A stretch of 64,000 bases of DNA from Lama guanicoe (GCA_013239625.1 MU053513.1:1600927-1664926); one strand, 5' to 3'. Shown: positions 50,081-62,305, numbered from the stretch's first letter. Notes: a model not told the origin generated them from the letters alone. Numbers and translations: made by a program.

Positions 50081-53000
50081 ACACAATAGCATGGAATGTT
50101 CTGGTAATGGGAGTTTGGGAAAGGGCTAGGGTCTGTCCTCAAGCCATAGCAAGGGAAGGGATCTGTCATTAAAGCAGTCTTTAGAGCTTCCAGCCCATTC
50201 GGGCTCTCTCTCAATTAACCTGTCGGTATAATTCACTTTCACACCTTCAAGGAAGAGAATTAAGAGAGAACTAATATCCCGAGTTGGAATCCCTTCTCAG
50301 GGCGGGATTTACGTGTGTTCTACCGTTCCTTCCCCCTTGTTTCTCAAAATGGCTTCAGGCCCATTATACCCGAAGTTTCAATTTGAATCTGCCTCTCTGT
50401 TCAGAGTCGTAAACTGACCAGACCTCTTTGTGTTACGTAGGTGTGTATATTTGCCCTGAAGCCACTTTTTTCCCAAACGAAAACTGTTTTTAAAAAAAAA
50501 GTACGTTGTATTCCAGAATTTAATTTGAACTTTATTTAGATAATCCTTTGATTGTAACTGAAAAGTGTATGATGTTGGTTTGGGCTTGTGTTTAGCAAAA
50601 GAATCTTACTCTCCTATGACACGATGCATGTTAGGTGCTAGACATTTTTAGAGTATAGTGTTAAGTTAATGGTAATCAGAAACTAATTTTGTGGTATGTT
50701 TTGGTTACCTTAGGAGTTAACTTCCCAAAAAATCTGAAGTGGTGTAGAAATAATTTGTATTTTTATGGGAAGACATTATAAATTAAAATGTACCTGTACT
50801 TATTTATACTCAGAAATATTCCAAGGAGTCAGCAGAGTTATCTTTAATACTAATTTTTCGACTTCTTCACCGAATTTTTATTACTTCTGAACATGCTTAG
50901 AATGGCGACTGTATTTATGAGGACAAACTCCTACTAAATGGGTTTGGAAGAATCACCTGAATTATTTTATGCACCTAGCATATTGAATTAATTTGCTGCA
51001 CACTGTACTTAGATATTGAGATCTAATTATGTTAATTGGATGTCTGCCTCCTAGAAATTTATGATATAGTCAAGGAACCAAATGCAAAAGAATAGTACCT
51101 GATTAATGCTTTCAAGCAGTAGACACAGTATGGGCACTGTTAATTCGTTTGTTCTTAAACGTTTCTAGTTCTTCTGTGAATCAGGCACTATACCTAACAC
51201 CAGGGAGTGGGGTACCTAACTGCCAAAGTAAAGGACTGATGTTCTAAGCGAGGCATTAAAGAATGAGTGAAGGTTTGACCAGTGGAGAAAGAAGCAGCAT
51301 GTGCAAAGGTATGGGGTTTAGAAGATGAAAAAAAACTAAGAGTGAAGTCATTGGAGGATAGAATTGGGTAGGGGAAGGAGGGTGGAAAATGAGGTGAGAA
51401 AAGGTACAGATGGATACAACTTCTAGGCACAATTTTCTTACTAAGTTTGTCTGCTTTTTTAATATAGAAATTGTCAAACTGTGGAACGTCTTGCTTTCTG
51501 TTTATATGTCCATAGCTCAACATGCCCTTGCTGTAATATGATTTACAAATGTCTTTGCTGTAATTTGATTATTTCTACGAAATTGGTTCTAAATCTGAGA
51601 TTCTCAAGGTTAGCATTTGAGTTGAATTTTCCGTTCTGGTTGCATTTGAGAATGCCTCCATATATCAGTTGTAGTTGCTTGTCTGTTTATGTAAGTGGAG
51701 TATAGGGAGAAGTGCTTGGACTGAAGGAACAAGTTAGGTTAAATATATGAACTGCTTTTTTTCCTTATCTATATCAAATGGATACTGAATTATATTTCCA
51801 AAATCCCTATCTAACCTTACATTTCTTTTCTTTGTCCAGAGTATTGTGCTATGCTCTTTGGAAGGAAGAGCTGTAAGGACAGCTTCTTGCCCTCAAGGAG
51901 CTGTGTGCCAGTGGGACAGCTATTGGCATTTTAGCTGGTCAGTTCTTTGTTATGCAGGAAAGCAGAACAAATAATTAGGATCCCTGGTCTCTATCTAGTA
52001 AATGCTAGTAGCATTTACTCTAGCTGATTGTTGCCATCTGGCACTTCAGGCTGAATTCTCCATTTTTTTCCCCAGAGAATTTTAGTAGTTTATTTTTTTT
52101 ATGTGAAACTGCCAGATTTTTATATTATTTTGTGTGCTAAATCCAGCACACAGACATCAGATTGCTTCTCTAGTTTAGGGTTTCCAACCTGTATACTTCA
52201 GAAATTTACGTTTGTGTATTTTACGCTGTAACTGCAGAGAGTGAAGTTGAAATTCTTAGATCTTTAGTGATCCACTAATAACAAGTTTAGTCTCTGAAAC
52301 ATTGGGAAATTAAAGTGTATCTACTTTTTTTCCCCTTACAGTTATATGAAGATAGAAGTAAATTAGAGATTGAGACCAAGTAGAGTGCTAAATCACAGGA
52401 TAAACAAGAATATCAACCTTCATCACTTCCCCTCTAAACAACGATTATTAGTCATTAAGTACTCAATTCTTGACATCTCTTCCCTGGTCATTGTGAAAGT
52501 AATTCAAACTGAATTATGTTGTTTGAATGCAATGAAAAATTTATAAAGTAGAATTACTGACTTTTTAACTTACCATTAATCTCTTCAGTAAAAACTAGCA
52601 TTTGAGTGTTGTTGCTGTTTAATGTTTGGAGACAGGGTAGCAAAGCTTGATTTTAATAACCAAAGATTCCTGGGCTGTAGAGAGGGGACAGTGCTGTCAA
52701 TTAAATGGTAGCCTAGTAATATTTCTAGCCTCTTCACATTTCTGGTGCATAGGAACTGAATCCATTAGGACTTTGCCCATAGTATTCAATAGTTATTAAA
52801 TTGAATCAACAGGTAACTTTAATAAAGTAGTAATGTTTTGTTTTGAAAATAACTGTTCTTCAAAGTTTTTGGCCAGGACAAAAAAAAATCAGTTAAAAGT
52901 TTTTAAAATCAAATATTTTAAGCCTTATGGACCCTGCTTTATGATTGAATTATAGTTTGCTGATTTGTTCATAATAACTGGCAGTTTATATGCTACATAT

Positions 53001-55036
53001 TAGGCTCTGTGCTAAGCATATCTTGTAGTATTAATTTACTTCTCACAACTTTACTAAAAGGTAAGTATAGAAACTGTCATCTTTTGTACATAAGAGATTG
53101 AGTGGGGCACAGATGCTTAAGAAGATTTGGCAAGGGCACAAAGCAGTAAAACCAGAATTACTGCCCACTCCAAATCACAGTCAGACCCCAAAGCCTAAGG
53201 AAGCATGTAGTGAATGCACTGAAAATTAGGAGTTAGTCATTTTTGGCATTTAGGTAATTTACTTCTGAAAATCAGCCTTTAATGTGTTGTTGTTGTTGTT
53301 TGTTGTTTTTGTAATTGTCCTTTTAATCTCCAGAATCAGTGGTATGACTGAATAATCTCTTAAATTTCCATTTAACTCCAGAATTCTTGGATTCTAGGAA
53401 TAATCTATAATGAAGAAAGATGGAAAATGTTAAAATAATGAAAGCACAAAAAAATTTACTTGTTTAAGTATGGAGGGTCCAAATGGAAAGCTTGAATTTT
53501 TGTTGTAAATTAATTCTACTAGTCTCATAAGAATTTTATATAGTTAGAGGTTGATTTTAGGAATTGTTGTTCCTCTTAAATTAATCCTTTGTAGTGACCT
53601 AGAGAGTGTATATTTTCTACTGATTTTTGAAAACTGGTCAAATCTGTTAGTATTTTTACCAGAAGCTCTTTTCTGATATCTTTGTATTGGTTCTGAATTT
53701 TTGAGATGATGTTAACTGGTTCTTCTGAGTGAACTAAGGATCAACTATGATTTTCATTTGGATAGTTTTAGAACTATTCAGTGAATAGGAGAGTATAAAT
53801 AAGTATCCTTTCTCTGTGCAGAAGTTCCTTGGAGTTGGAGGAGTGCTGCTCTACAAACTCGTAGTGTTTATAAAAGCTAACTGCAGAAGGTATTAACGGC
53901 CTAAACATTTTCCTTCATTAACAGTACTGTTTTCTCTGACCTGAAACACTTTCCTTATAACATCAGTGCCCAGCAGTGTATTTACGTTCCTGAGGAACAA
54001 TTCAAGTGCTGAGTGCTTTAAAACTGAAGGGTAGAAAAACAGTTTCAGGTGTAATGAAGAAAACTTTCAGAGAAGAAATAAGATTTTAATTAGATCAAAG
54101 ATATGAACAGGCTTTTAAGAAAGTGAAAGATGATTAAGGTAGGTTAGATTGACCAAAGCTCCAGAGAGTCAGGAAATACATAATTGTATACTTTTTTTAT
54201 CAAGCATTTTTATACTTAATCCAAATATGCTTTGTGATAGGTGTTTGCATTTACAGAGGAGGAAAAGGGAAATCTAGGAACCCTAGGAAGTATAGTCAGT
54301 ATGTGGGAACTGATATTTCCATATATATAGGAATTACATGATGCATATTGAATTCAAGTCATTGAATACTCTTATCCTTTCCAGTTTTCTAATTATAGTG
54401 AAGCTTGAGGCACTTGGTTTAATTCCACATCAAGATTTCTTTGGGAGAATTCCAGTTACCAAAAACTTTATTTTCTGTTTAATTTATCATGGAAAATTTC
54501 AAACATACTCAAAATTGAAAGAATAATATAATGAAGTCTAATAAGCCCATCACCCATCTTTGGTGATTACCCCTTGTAGTAATTGCCATGGAAGTGTACA
54601 GAAATTGGGACTTATCTACTATTGACTTACTATGTAACCTTAGTTAAGTTACCCCTTCAGATTTTTTTCAGTTACAAAATGGGTATCTATCTCACTAAGT
54701 ACTCCCTACCTCACATAGTTATGATGATTCAGTGACAAAAGGAGTGTAAAACACTTATTATAATGTAGAGTTTGGCCTTTGCTGGCATTCAGCAATATTA
54801 GTTTCATTTTCCCTTCATAGAAAAGTGCAGTGAATATCTCCTAGTTATGGGGTACTTGTGACTTGAGACTGGTATTTCTTGATGTTTATTTGATCAAGTG
54901 CAGGCAATTACTTTCCTCACTCTAAAAGGTGAAAGTCTCCAAGAATGAACTAAGTTGTGGTTCTACAGCTGAGACTTTCTTAGACATACAAATTCCCAGG
55001 CTTCTCCCCACACCTCCCCATGTTTCCTTGGAAAAA

Positions 55037-55277
55037 GATTGTCCAGTAGAAATAAAATGCAAGTCACATATTTTATTTAACCCAACATATTCAAAATATT
55101 ACCATTTTAACGTGTTCAGTACAAAAATTTTTGAGATGCGTTGCATTCTTTGTATTTGTTCTAAGTTGTCAATATCCAGTGTGTATTTTACACTTCAGCT
55201 ATATCTCAGTTTGGACTAGACATATCAAGTACTCTAACCAAATACGACTAGCGTTTACCCTATTAAGATAGCACAGC
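55037..55277. mobile_element. MER33-like fragment in FUBP1 intron 1
   Basis: tgtccagtagaaataaaatgcaag...ttttatttaacccaa...tccagtgtgtattttacactt; similar to 31838-32156. Confidence 0.7.
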
Positions 55278-55671
55278 CTTAGCGCCCCATAAGGTGATCA
55301 CATTCTCTGCCAACACAGAGCTTTTGAAGAGCCATGGGAAAGAGCTGCAGAGAAGACAGAATTAGGATCCAGATTTTCCCCAAAGCTATTTAAGCAGTCT
55401 TCTAAAAATTTACAATTGATTACTGCTTTATTTTTACAGAGATGTGTCAGAAGCTTAATTCCAGATGATGATTGTTAACTCTCTGAAGTTATTAATGGTA
55501 GTAATAAATTGAACTGTAATTTTACTTCATCTTTCTACCAAATTAATTTGCTTATCTGATAGATATTTAGCAAACAAATGTATTAGAAAATACGTGAGGA
55601 AATTTAGTGCTGAATAGCTATATAGTAGTTATGATGCTATCCTTAATGATGGTTTGTTTCTGTTTTTTTAG

Positions 55672-55762
55672 ATTGCTGCAAAAATTGGAGGTGATGCTGG
55701 TACATCACTGAATTCAAATGACTATGGTTATGGGGGACAAAAAAGGCCTTTGGAAGATGGAG
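55672..55762 (+). CDS. FUBP1: FUBP1 exon 2
   Basis: ttttag|[34 protein letters not shown]|gtaagt; 91 nt. Confidence 0.97.
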
Positions 55763-56600
55763 GTAAGTTGTAGCAATAAATGTTTTAAATTGTTTTATAC
55801 AGAGTTTAGATGAAGTGGATTTTAATATTTTTAAGTGTTCTTTTTTTGAAATATTACTTTTATCATAAGGTTCCTAAAATTGTAAGGTTTATTTTGGCTT
55901 CAAGGAGAGGGAGGGAAAAGAGACCTAGACAAGGTAGGTAAAATTTGAGTTAACCAGCCAGTTTTGTCTTACTAGAAAACATCATTTTCCCTCTTTTAGG
56001 ATTATGCCAGATTCACAGTTTGCACAGACAACTTGTTAATATACTGAAGAAAACAAAAATATAAAATGCTTAGGAGACATTTCACTGGTTCTTCTCATCA
56101 TACATGAATTAATCTGAGATGCTGTTGTTTCATTATTTTGCTATTTCAGATACCACTTTAAAGGTTGAAGTTGCTATAGTTTGCTACTTTAGAGTGTTGC
56201 AAGTTATACCATTTTTTGTTACTTTTTTGTTTGTTTTAGTACCTTGTTTTGTGTTTTAGGTTTAACTCAAAATGTGGCTTAAAACAGTAGATATACAGTG
56301 CCTTGTATTTTTTAAAAAACAATTGTTGAAGCTTCTGAACTTAGAAGTCTGCACGTATTTTTTGTTTTAGATTTGATATATGAATTTTGATACATTTTCT
56401 TTTTGTCATTTTCTTTTTACTTTTTTTAAAAGGAGGATTCTGAATGAGCCTATAGAATGTATTTGTAGCTTTTGACCAGGAGTATTTGGTTTCCTTTTAT
56501 TTGTCTTTCACATTAATAGTGAGGTATTAATATACAAGAAAAATGAGCTAATGATGCTTCAGATGTTGTATGTAATGTATTCTTTTTATTTTATGTGTAG

Positions 56601-56663
56601 ATGGCTCTTGGACAAGTCCGAGCAGTACAACACACTGGGAGGGAATGCCCTCTCCTTTTAAAG
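56601..56663 (+). CDS. FUBP1: FUBP1 alternative 63-nt cassette exon (GC donor)
   Basis: T-rich tract + tag acceptor; open in phase 1: (D)GSWTSPSSTTHWEGMPSPFK; AAG|gcagga; symmetric phase 1-1. Confidence 0.75.
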
Positions 56664-57469
56664 GCAGGAGTTTTTATTTATTACCTGTGTTCAGTATGTA
56701 AACGTGAAATAAACCAGTGGATTCTTAAATGAACACAAATATTCCTTGGATTATGTGTCTGAATTTTTGCTGCGCAACATTCTGATGTTTAATCATTAAG
56801 TTTGAAGGGGGGAGGAGAATGTAGTACTTTCAGCTATAGGTTGCCTACTCCAAGGTATGCATTGTATTCTTCTGTGTAAAGGATGTAGATAAAGATGCAG
56901 TCATGTAGTTGTTTGAGTTTCTGCTGAAGTTTATGCTGTGAAATGTTTGGTTAGGAACAATAGAAGAGTTTAGATTGAGATTGCCTTGTAATGTGATTTT
57001 TTATTTATTTATTTTGCATAGCTTTGTGGTCACTGTCAGATACACTCAACTTTTGATATGTCAAATTTTCACAGTTTGATAGTTTTTTTTCCTTCCAGTC
57101 TTCAGTTCCAACAGTGGGAAGCATCATTAGACTTTAGCGTGTGATATTTTGCTAGTAACGGACTAAATACTTTGTCATGTATCGTTCTAAAGTGCTTAAC
57201 ATACACTAAGGTCAGTGATTTGATTCAGTAAAAAAAATTTTTTTTAATGTCTGTGCATCTTTTAAACATGAAGAGAATGAAAGAAATGCAGTTTTCTTTC
57301 AATTACTAAATGTTTGGGCTGAGTTTTGGTGGTTGGGTTCAAATGATAAGCCATACCCTCAGCTTTTCAGTAAATGTTTATATTGGTATTCTTGCTTGGG
57401 CACGGGGGAGCTAAGTCTTATATTTGTGCTTATTGGCAAAAAAAAATTAAAAGACTCTTAATTTTGCAG

Positions 57470-57508
57470 ATCAGCCAGACGCTAAGAAAGTTGCTCCTCA
57501 AAATGACT
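57470..57508 (+). CDS. FUBP1: FUBP1 exon 3
   Basis: ttgcag|AT; (D)QPDAKKVAPQND; T|gtaagt; 39 nt. Confidence 0.95.
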
Positions 57509-57985
57509 GTAAGTATTTATTTTAAATTGGGTTAAAAGCTAAAGTAATTGTGGATTTTAATCAGGGCTTTGTTTTCCTATGTTTATTGGGTATCTTTGAA
57601 GTTAGTTGAAGGCCAAAACTTCTTTTTGAATGAATTTCTTTGTAAAAATATTTTTCCTATATTTATAATCTCTCACTTCAATTATGGCCATGTATATATT
57701 AATATTTGGTTGCTCAATTATTTTACATATATATTCAGTTTATTTTATACTTGCATTTCTTAATCTTTGCTTATGCCACTTGAAAAAAGACCATTTTTTA
57801 GTGTGCTATTGCTAATGTCTGCCTTTTCACTGACTTTACTGCTCACTGTCAGTTTTAAGTATTCTGCATAAAATTTTGCTGTCTTCAAGGTGTTATCAGG
57901 GAAAGATTTTAGAATTTCTTAATATGATTGTATTAAACATGTCAACTTAAATTTAAATTTTTCATTTTACTTAATTTTTTGGTAG

Positions 57986-58025
57986 CTTTCGGAACACAGT
58001 TACCACCGATGCATCAGCAGCAAAG
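57986..58025 (+). CDS. FUBP1: FUBP1 exon 4
   Basis: ggtag|CT; (S)FGTQLPPMHQQQ; AG|gtatag; 40 nt. Confidence 0.95.
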
Positions 58026-58530
58026 GTATAGTCAAATAACAGCTTTTCAAAGAGTACTTTGCAAGTTTTAGTTGAACTGTATGTGAAACATAACCAAGTT
58101 AGTGTATAGTGAATTTGCGGGGTGGGGGTCATGTGTGTGGTTCATTTCCTTTGATTTAAACTGATCATTCTCTATCACCTATTTTCTTTTTGAATGAAAT
58201 ATATTTGTAATTTGGAAGGATGTGTGGAATTAGAATTCCACATTTTAGAAGAACTAAGGTGAATTAAAGTTAACTGTTAAGATGAGATTTCCTGAACTCT
58301 ACCCCAGCTTCTTTGTGTTTATGCCTTCAAACGTTCTATCATACCCTCCTTATTTGATATGTCACCTTAATTAAGATTCTGACTTTAACTACTCAAGCCC
58401 CATTTTTTTATTTTTGAGCGTGTGTCTAGAAACCTAATTTAAGCCATCAGATTTCCATTTTTATGTTTACCTTTTATGTGAACAACTTACCTTTTTTTGA
58501 AGGAAAATGTTTGTTTCTGTTATTTCTTAG

Positions 58531-58583
58531 CAGGTCTGTAATGACAGAAGAATACAAAGTTCCAGATGGAATGGTTGGATTTA
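58531..58583 (+). CDS. FUBP1: FUBP1 exon 5 (start of KH1; alternative start 58534)
   Basis: tagCAG tandem acceptor; (S)RSVMTEEYKVPDGMVGF; A|gtaagt. Confidence 0.95.
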
Positions 58584-58671
58584 GTAAGTAACCTAAGTTT
58601 TTAAAGCTTTGAAAACGTAATCAAAGCATACTTAAAAATCTTTCAGCAAATATTTTCTTTTTTCTTACTAG

Positions 58672-58743
58672 TAATTGGCAGAGGAGGTGAACAGATCTCA
58701 CGCATACAACAGGAATCTGGATGCAAAATACAGATAGCTCCTG
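58672..58743 (+). CDS. FUBP1: FUBP1 exon 6 (KH1 GxxG)
   Basis: ctag|TA; (I)[24 protein letters not shown]|gtaatg; 72 nt. Confidence 0.96.
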
Positions 58744-58870
58744 GTAATGTTATTCTCTTGCTGTTTTCATAGTGACAAGAAAACTAGCATATTTTTTAAA
58801 TTGCTAGTGAAAATGATACTATTAATCTTTTCTTGACCTCAGATTTTTGTTTGTTTGTTTTTAATTGTAG

Positions 58871-58928
58871 ACAGTGGTGGCCTTCCAGAAAGGTCTTGTA
58901 TGTTAACTGGAACACCTGAATCTGTCCA
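58871..58928 (+). CDS. FUBP1: FUBP1 exon 7
   Basis: tgtag|AC; (D)SGGLPERSCMLTGTPESV; CA|gtaagt; 58 nt. Confidence 0.96.
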
Positions 58929-59049
58929 GTAAGTATGAAAATCATGTGCCAGCCCTTCCTTCTTACTGAAGAATATTGTCCCTGTGATTGAACCAGCTTT
59001 CGCCTAGACTATTAATTTTCCCCTTTTCTAGGTAGTTTCTAACACCATA

Positions 59050-59700
59050 CAGACATGCTTGAAAATTCCTTTATTTTAACGAAAAAAAATCCCTGAATCT
59101 CACATTTCTATTTCTTTGCTCCCTTTTGCCAAAAAAATCTCCTTAAGAGTGGTAGCTCTACTTGCTGTATCATCTGCCTCTGTTTTCATTTTGTCTTGAA
59201 CTCACACCAGTCAGGCTTTTAATTCCCACTGTTCCATGAAATTGCTCTTCTCAAGATCATGAATGGCCACCACATCATTCAGCCTTTTAGCTTTGTTTAA
59301 CACAGTGGACCACTCGCTTAGAGATAGCCACCACCCTGGCACATCAAGCATGCTTCCCATGTGAGTCCCTTCAACTTCTCATTTCTTCTCTTTGGAACAT
59401 TTTCCCCTCAGGTCATTGGTCTGTTTTGCATAAAATAACATCATTGCACAGGCACAGGCGCCCGCACGCGCGCGCGCACACACACACATACACACACACA
59501 AACATTTTCTCTTGCTTTGATTTTCTTTGTAGCACTTAACAAATGACATGTTGTTTATTTAACATGCTGTTTTTACTTAATGAAGTTAAGCCATGCCAGC
59601 AAAAACCCTGTTTGTGTACTTCAGTGCTGTAACCCTGCTACCTAGAATAGTACCTGACACACAGTTGACATTTCTTGAGTATTTGTTGAATGAACAAACA
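59050..59700 (+). mobile_element. LINE-2 fragment in FUBP1 intron 7
   Basis: ccatgaaattgctcttctcaagatca...; 3' end cctagaatagtacctgacaca...gtatttgttgaatgaa. Confidence 0.7.
59463..59500. repeat. (CG)n(CA)n alternating purine-pyrimidine microsatellite
   Basis: cgcacgcgcgcgcgcacacacacacatacacacacaca. Confidence 0.9.
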
Positions 59701-60004
59701 AATTTTAACATGTGAATAACCAAAGTGGAGGTTTAAAAAGGAAATACCTCATTTAATTTTTGGAAGAATTAGCTTAATTCTGAGATAACTTTAGAAGTAG
59801 GGTGTGTCTTCTTGGAAATTTCGGACTATTCTCAAAAATATTGAAGATTATATACCTAGAAAATTTATTCCATGGTTTTGATCTTTGACACTGATGGTAT
59901 CTTTTAATTAAAATCGTTGTAATTTAGTTTTCAGACACCTAAACCTGAATTAGGATGGGTGAAGTATCTGATTATATTATTTTGCATTGACTATTTGTTA
60001 ACAG

Positions 60005-60167
60005 GTCAGCAAAACGGTTACTGGACCAGATTGTTGAAAAAGGAAGACCAGCCCCTGGCTTCCATCATGGTGATGGACCAGGAAATGCAGTTCAAGAAAT
60101 CATGATTCCAGCTAGCAAGGCAGGATTAGTTATTGGAAAGGGGGGAGAGACTATTAAACAACTTCAG
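60005..60167 (+). CDS. FUBP1: FUBP1 exon 8 (KH2 GxxG)
   Basis: aacag|[58 protein letters not shown]|gtatta; 163 nt. Confidence 0.97.
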
Positions 60168-60255
60168 GTATTACTGTGTTTGTAAAATGATTAGTTTTTG
60201 TCTGTTTTGAAACCTGTTCCTTTCTGTTAATATATACAGTTTGTTTGATTAATAG

Positions 60256-60354
60256 GAGCGGGCTGGAGTTAAAATGGTTATGATCCAAGATGGACCTCAG
60301 AACACTGGTGCTGACAAACCTCTTAGGATTACAGGAGACCCATACAAAGTTCAA
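60256..60354 (+). CDS. FUBP1: FUBP1 exon 9
   Basis: aatag|[39 protein letters not shown]|gtaaat; 99 nt. Confidence 0.96.
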
Positions 60355-60481
60355 GTAAATCTAAGTTTATATTTTACAAAGAAGGTTTTGGGGTGGATGG
60401 CAGAGTGGGCAAAAACATGCATGAATGATTATAGTGTTTTGAGACATGCCTTCTAAATTGGGTAATTTTTTTCTACTTCAG

Positions 60482-60583
60482 CAAGCCAAGGAAATGGTGT
60501 TAGAGTTAATTCGTGATCAAGGTGGTTTCAGAGAAGTTCGAAATGAGTATGGGTCAAGAATAGGAGGAAATGAAGGGATAGAT
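60482..60583 (+). CDS. FUBP1: FUBP1 exon 10
   Basis: ttcag|[40 protein letters not shown]|gtaagt; 102 nt. Confidence 0.97.
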
Positions 60584-60824
60584 GTAAGTAAAAATACCAT
60601 TAAGAAATGCTTAGATGCTTATTCATAAATAAATGTGTTTTCCCTGTTTTGTGTTATATAGCCTTCTCTAACTTTGTATCGTCTTTTCCTCCTCACTTTC
60701 CACCTTAGAATACAGAATGTATATCATGTGTCTTGTCAACCTATTTAAGTATAGTGCTTTTATGATTTGAGGGAGATTAGTTTTTCAGGAAATGACTTTC
60801 CTAATACTGTCTTCTTTGCATAAG

Positions 60825-60927
60825 GTCCCCATTCCAAGATTTGCTGTTGGCATTGTAATAGGAAGAAATGGAGAGATGATTAAAAAAATACAAAATGATG
60901 CTGGTGTTCGAATTCAGTTTAAGCCAG
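60825..60927 (+). CDS. FUBP1: FUBP1 exon 11 (KH3 GxxG)
   Basis: ataag|[38 protein letters not shown]|gtaagt; 103 nt. Confidence 0.97.
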
Positions 60928-61023
60928 GTAAGTCCACGTATTTAATTTTTTTAAGTGTTGGCAGCAGTTACTTTTGACACGTTTAATGTTAAATTAATCC
61001 AATTTGTTTTCTTTGCTTTGAAG

Positions 61024-61124
61024 ATGACGGAACAACACCTGATAGAATAGCACAAATAACAGGACCTCCAGACCGATGTCAGCATGCCGCAGAAATTATT
61101 ACAGACCTTCTTCGAAGTGTTCAG
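61024..61124 (+). CDS. FUBP1: FUBP1 exon 12
   Basis: tgaag|AT; (D)[36 protein letters not shown]|gtttga; 101 nt. Confidence 0.96.
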
Positions 61125-61496
61125 GTTTGATAGAATGTTAATGTTTTCATTGTTTTGTTTTCTTTAAAAAAAAAACCGTTTTCCTTCATTAAATCTGAAA
61201 ATATGTTTTTTTAACTAGAATGTTTGATGATATTTTATTAATAGGTAGAAAGTTTAAATTGCTTTGAGGTAGACATCTTGGAGCAGGAAAGCAGCTACAT
61301 AAGTGCACTACCTTATTCACCACAGTATGAAAAGAATGAATGGTGGTTGTCACTTGCTGATTATTTGGGCTAAGGCATCTCCCAGTGTCTCTAAATTTCT
61401 GATTTTGGAAGATGAAATAGACATGTAATAATTTTATGGTGAAAAGAAGAATATATTTCTGACTTTGTCTTTCCTTCTTGTCCTTCTTCTCTTTAG

Positions 61497-61638
61497 GCTG
61501 GCAATCCTGGTGGACCTGGACCTGGTGGTCGAGGAAGAGGTAGAGGTCAAGGCAACTGGAACATGGGACCACCTGGTGGACTACAGGAATTTAATTTCAT
61601 TGTCCCAACTGGGAAAACTGGATTAATAATAGGAAAAG
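61497..61638 (+). CDS. FUBP1: FUBP1 exon 13 (RG-rich linker, start of KH4; GC donor)
   Basis: tttag|[53 protein letters not shown]|gcaata; 142 nt. Confidence 0.95.
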
Positions 61639-62305
61639 GCAATATATTTAAAACTCTTAATGTTTTAATGTGTGGTTAAAAATTAAACCTTTATCTAATT
61701 TTTCTGGATGCTATTTCTGTTGCTGTTGTAAATGAGTAGCAATAATTTTTTTCCTTGGCTGTGTTTTAGTTGAAAAGTGTTAACACTGATTCATGACAAC
61801 TGAGACATAAATGAAGGACTGTATGTGTACTTAGAGAGTGGGATTTGAATTACACTGGCTTCTAGAAAAGGGGACCAATAGTTTAATTACTAGTGTTTCT
61901 TAACTTTTCTTCTGACCTAACAAGAGGTCTGAGTATTCTTATTTATTTTGCTTTTTCCTGACACATGGTTTTAAATTTTTGAGTTTTTAAATAATTGTGT
62001 TAGTTTATGTTTGCATTGCTTATTAAAGCAATTTCTGTGAAGCAGGTATTTTGATGTTATCATTCATTTTAAGGTTAGGTACAGACATTAAGTTATATCT
62101 TAAAACTAAAATATATTTTAAGAGAAGCATGAAATGATTTATATAAATTGATCTAAACTGTGGAATAAATGGAAACTCCTTATAGAATATTGGCAAATGG
62201 GATACTGGTCAAAACTTTCTTCTTAATGGCCATAAGATGACCGGGTTTCCTTTGAATAGCTCCTCTTGTTGAATCGTCAGAGAAATTACTGTGTTTTGCT
62301 TTTAG

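Noticed and set aside
49621..50214. 197-aa antisense ORF over FUBP1 exon 1 / intron 1
   Set aside because: Non-ATG start, GC-rich island context, poly-Pro is merely the antisense of the poly-Gly codons, and no recognisable domain.
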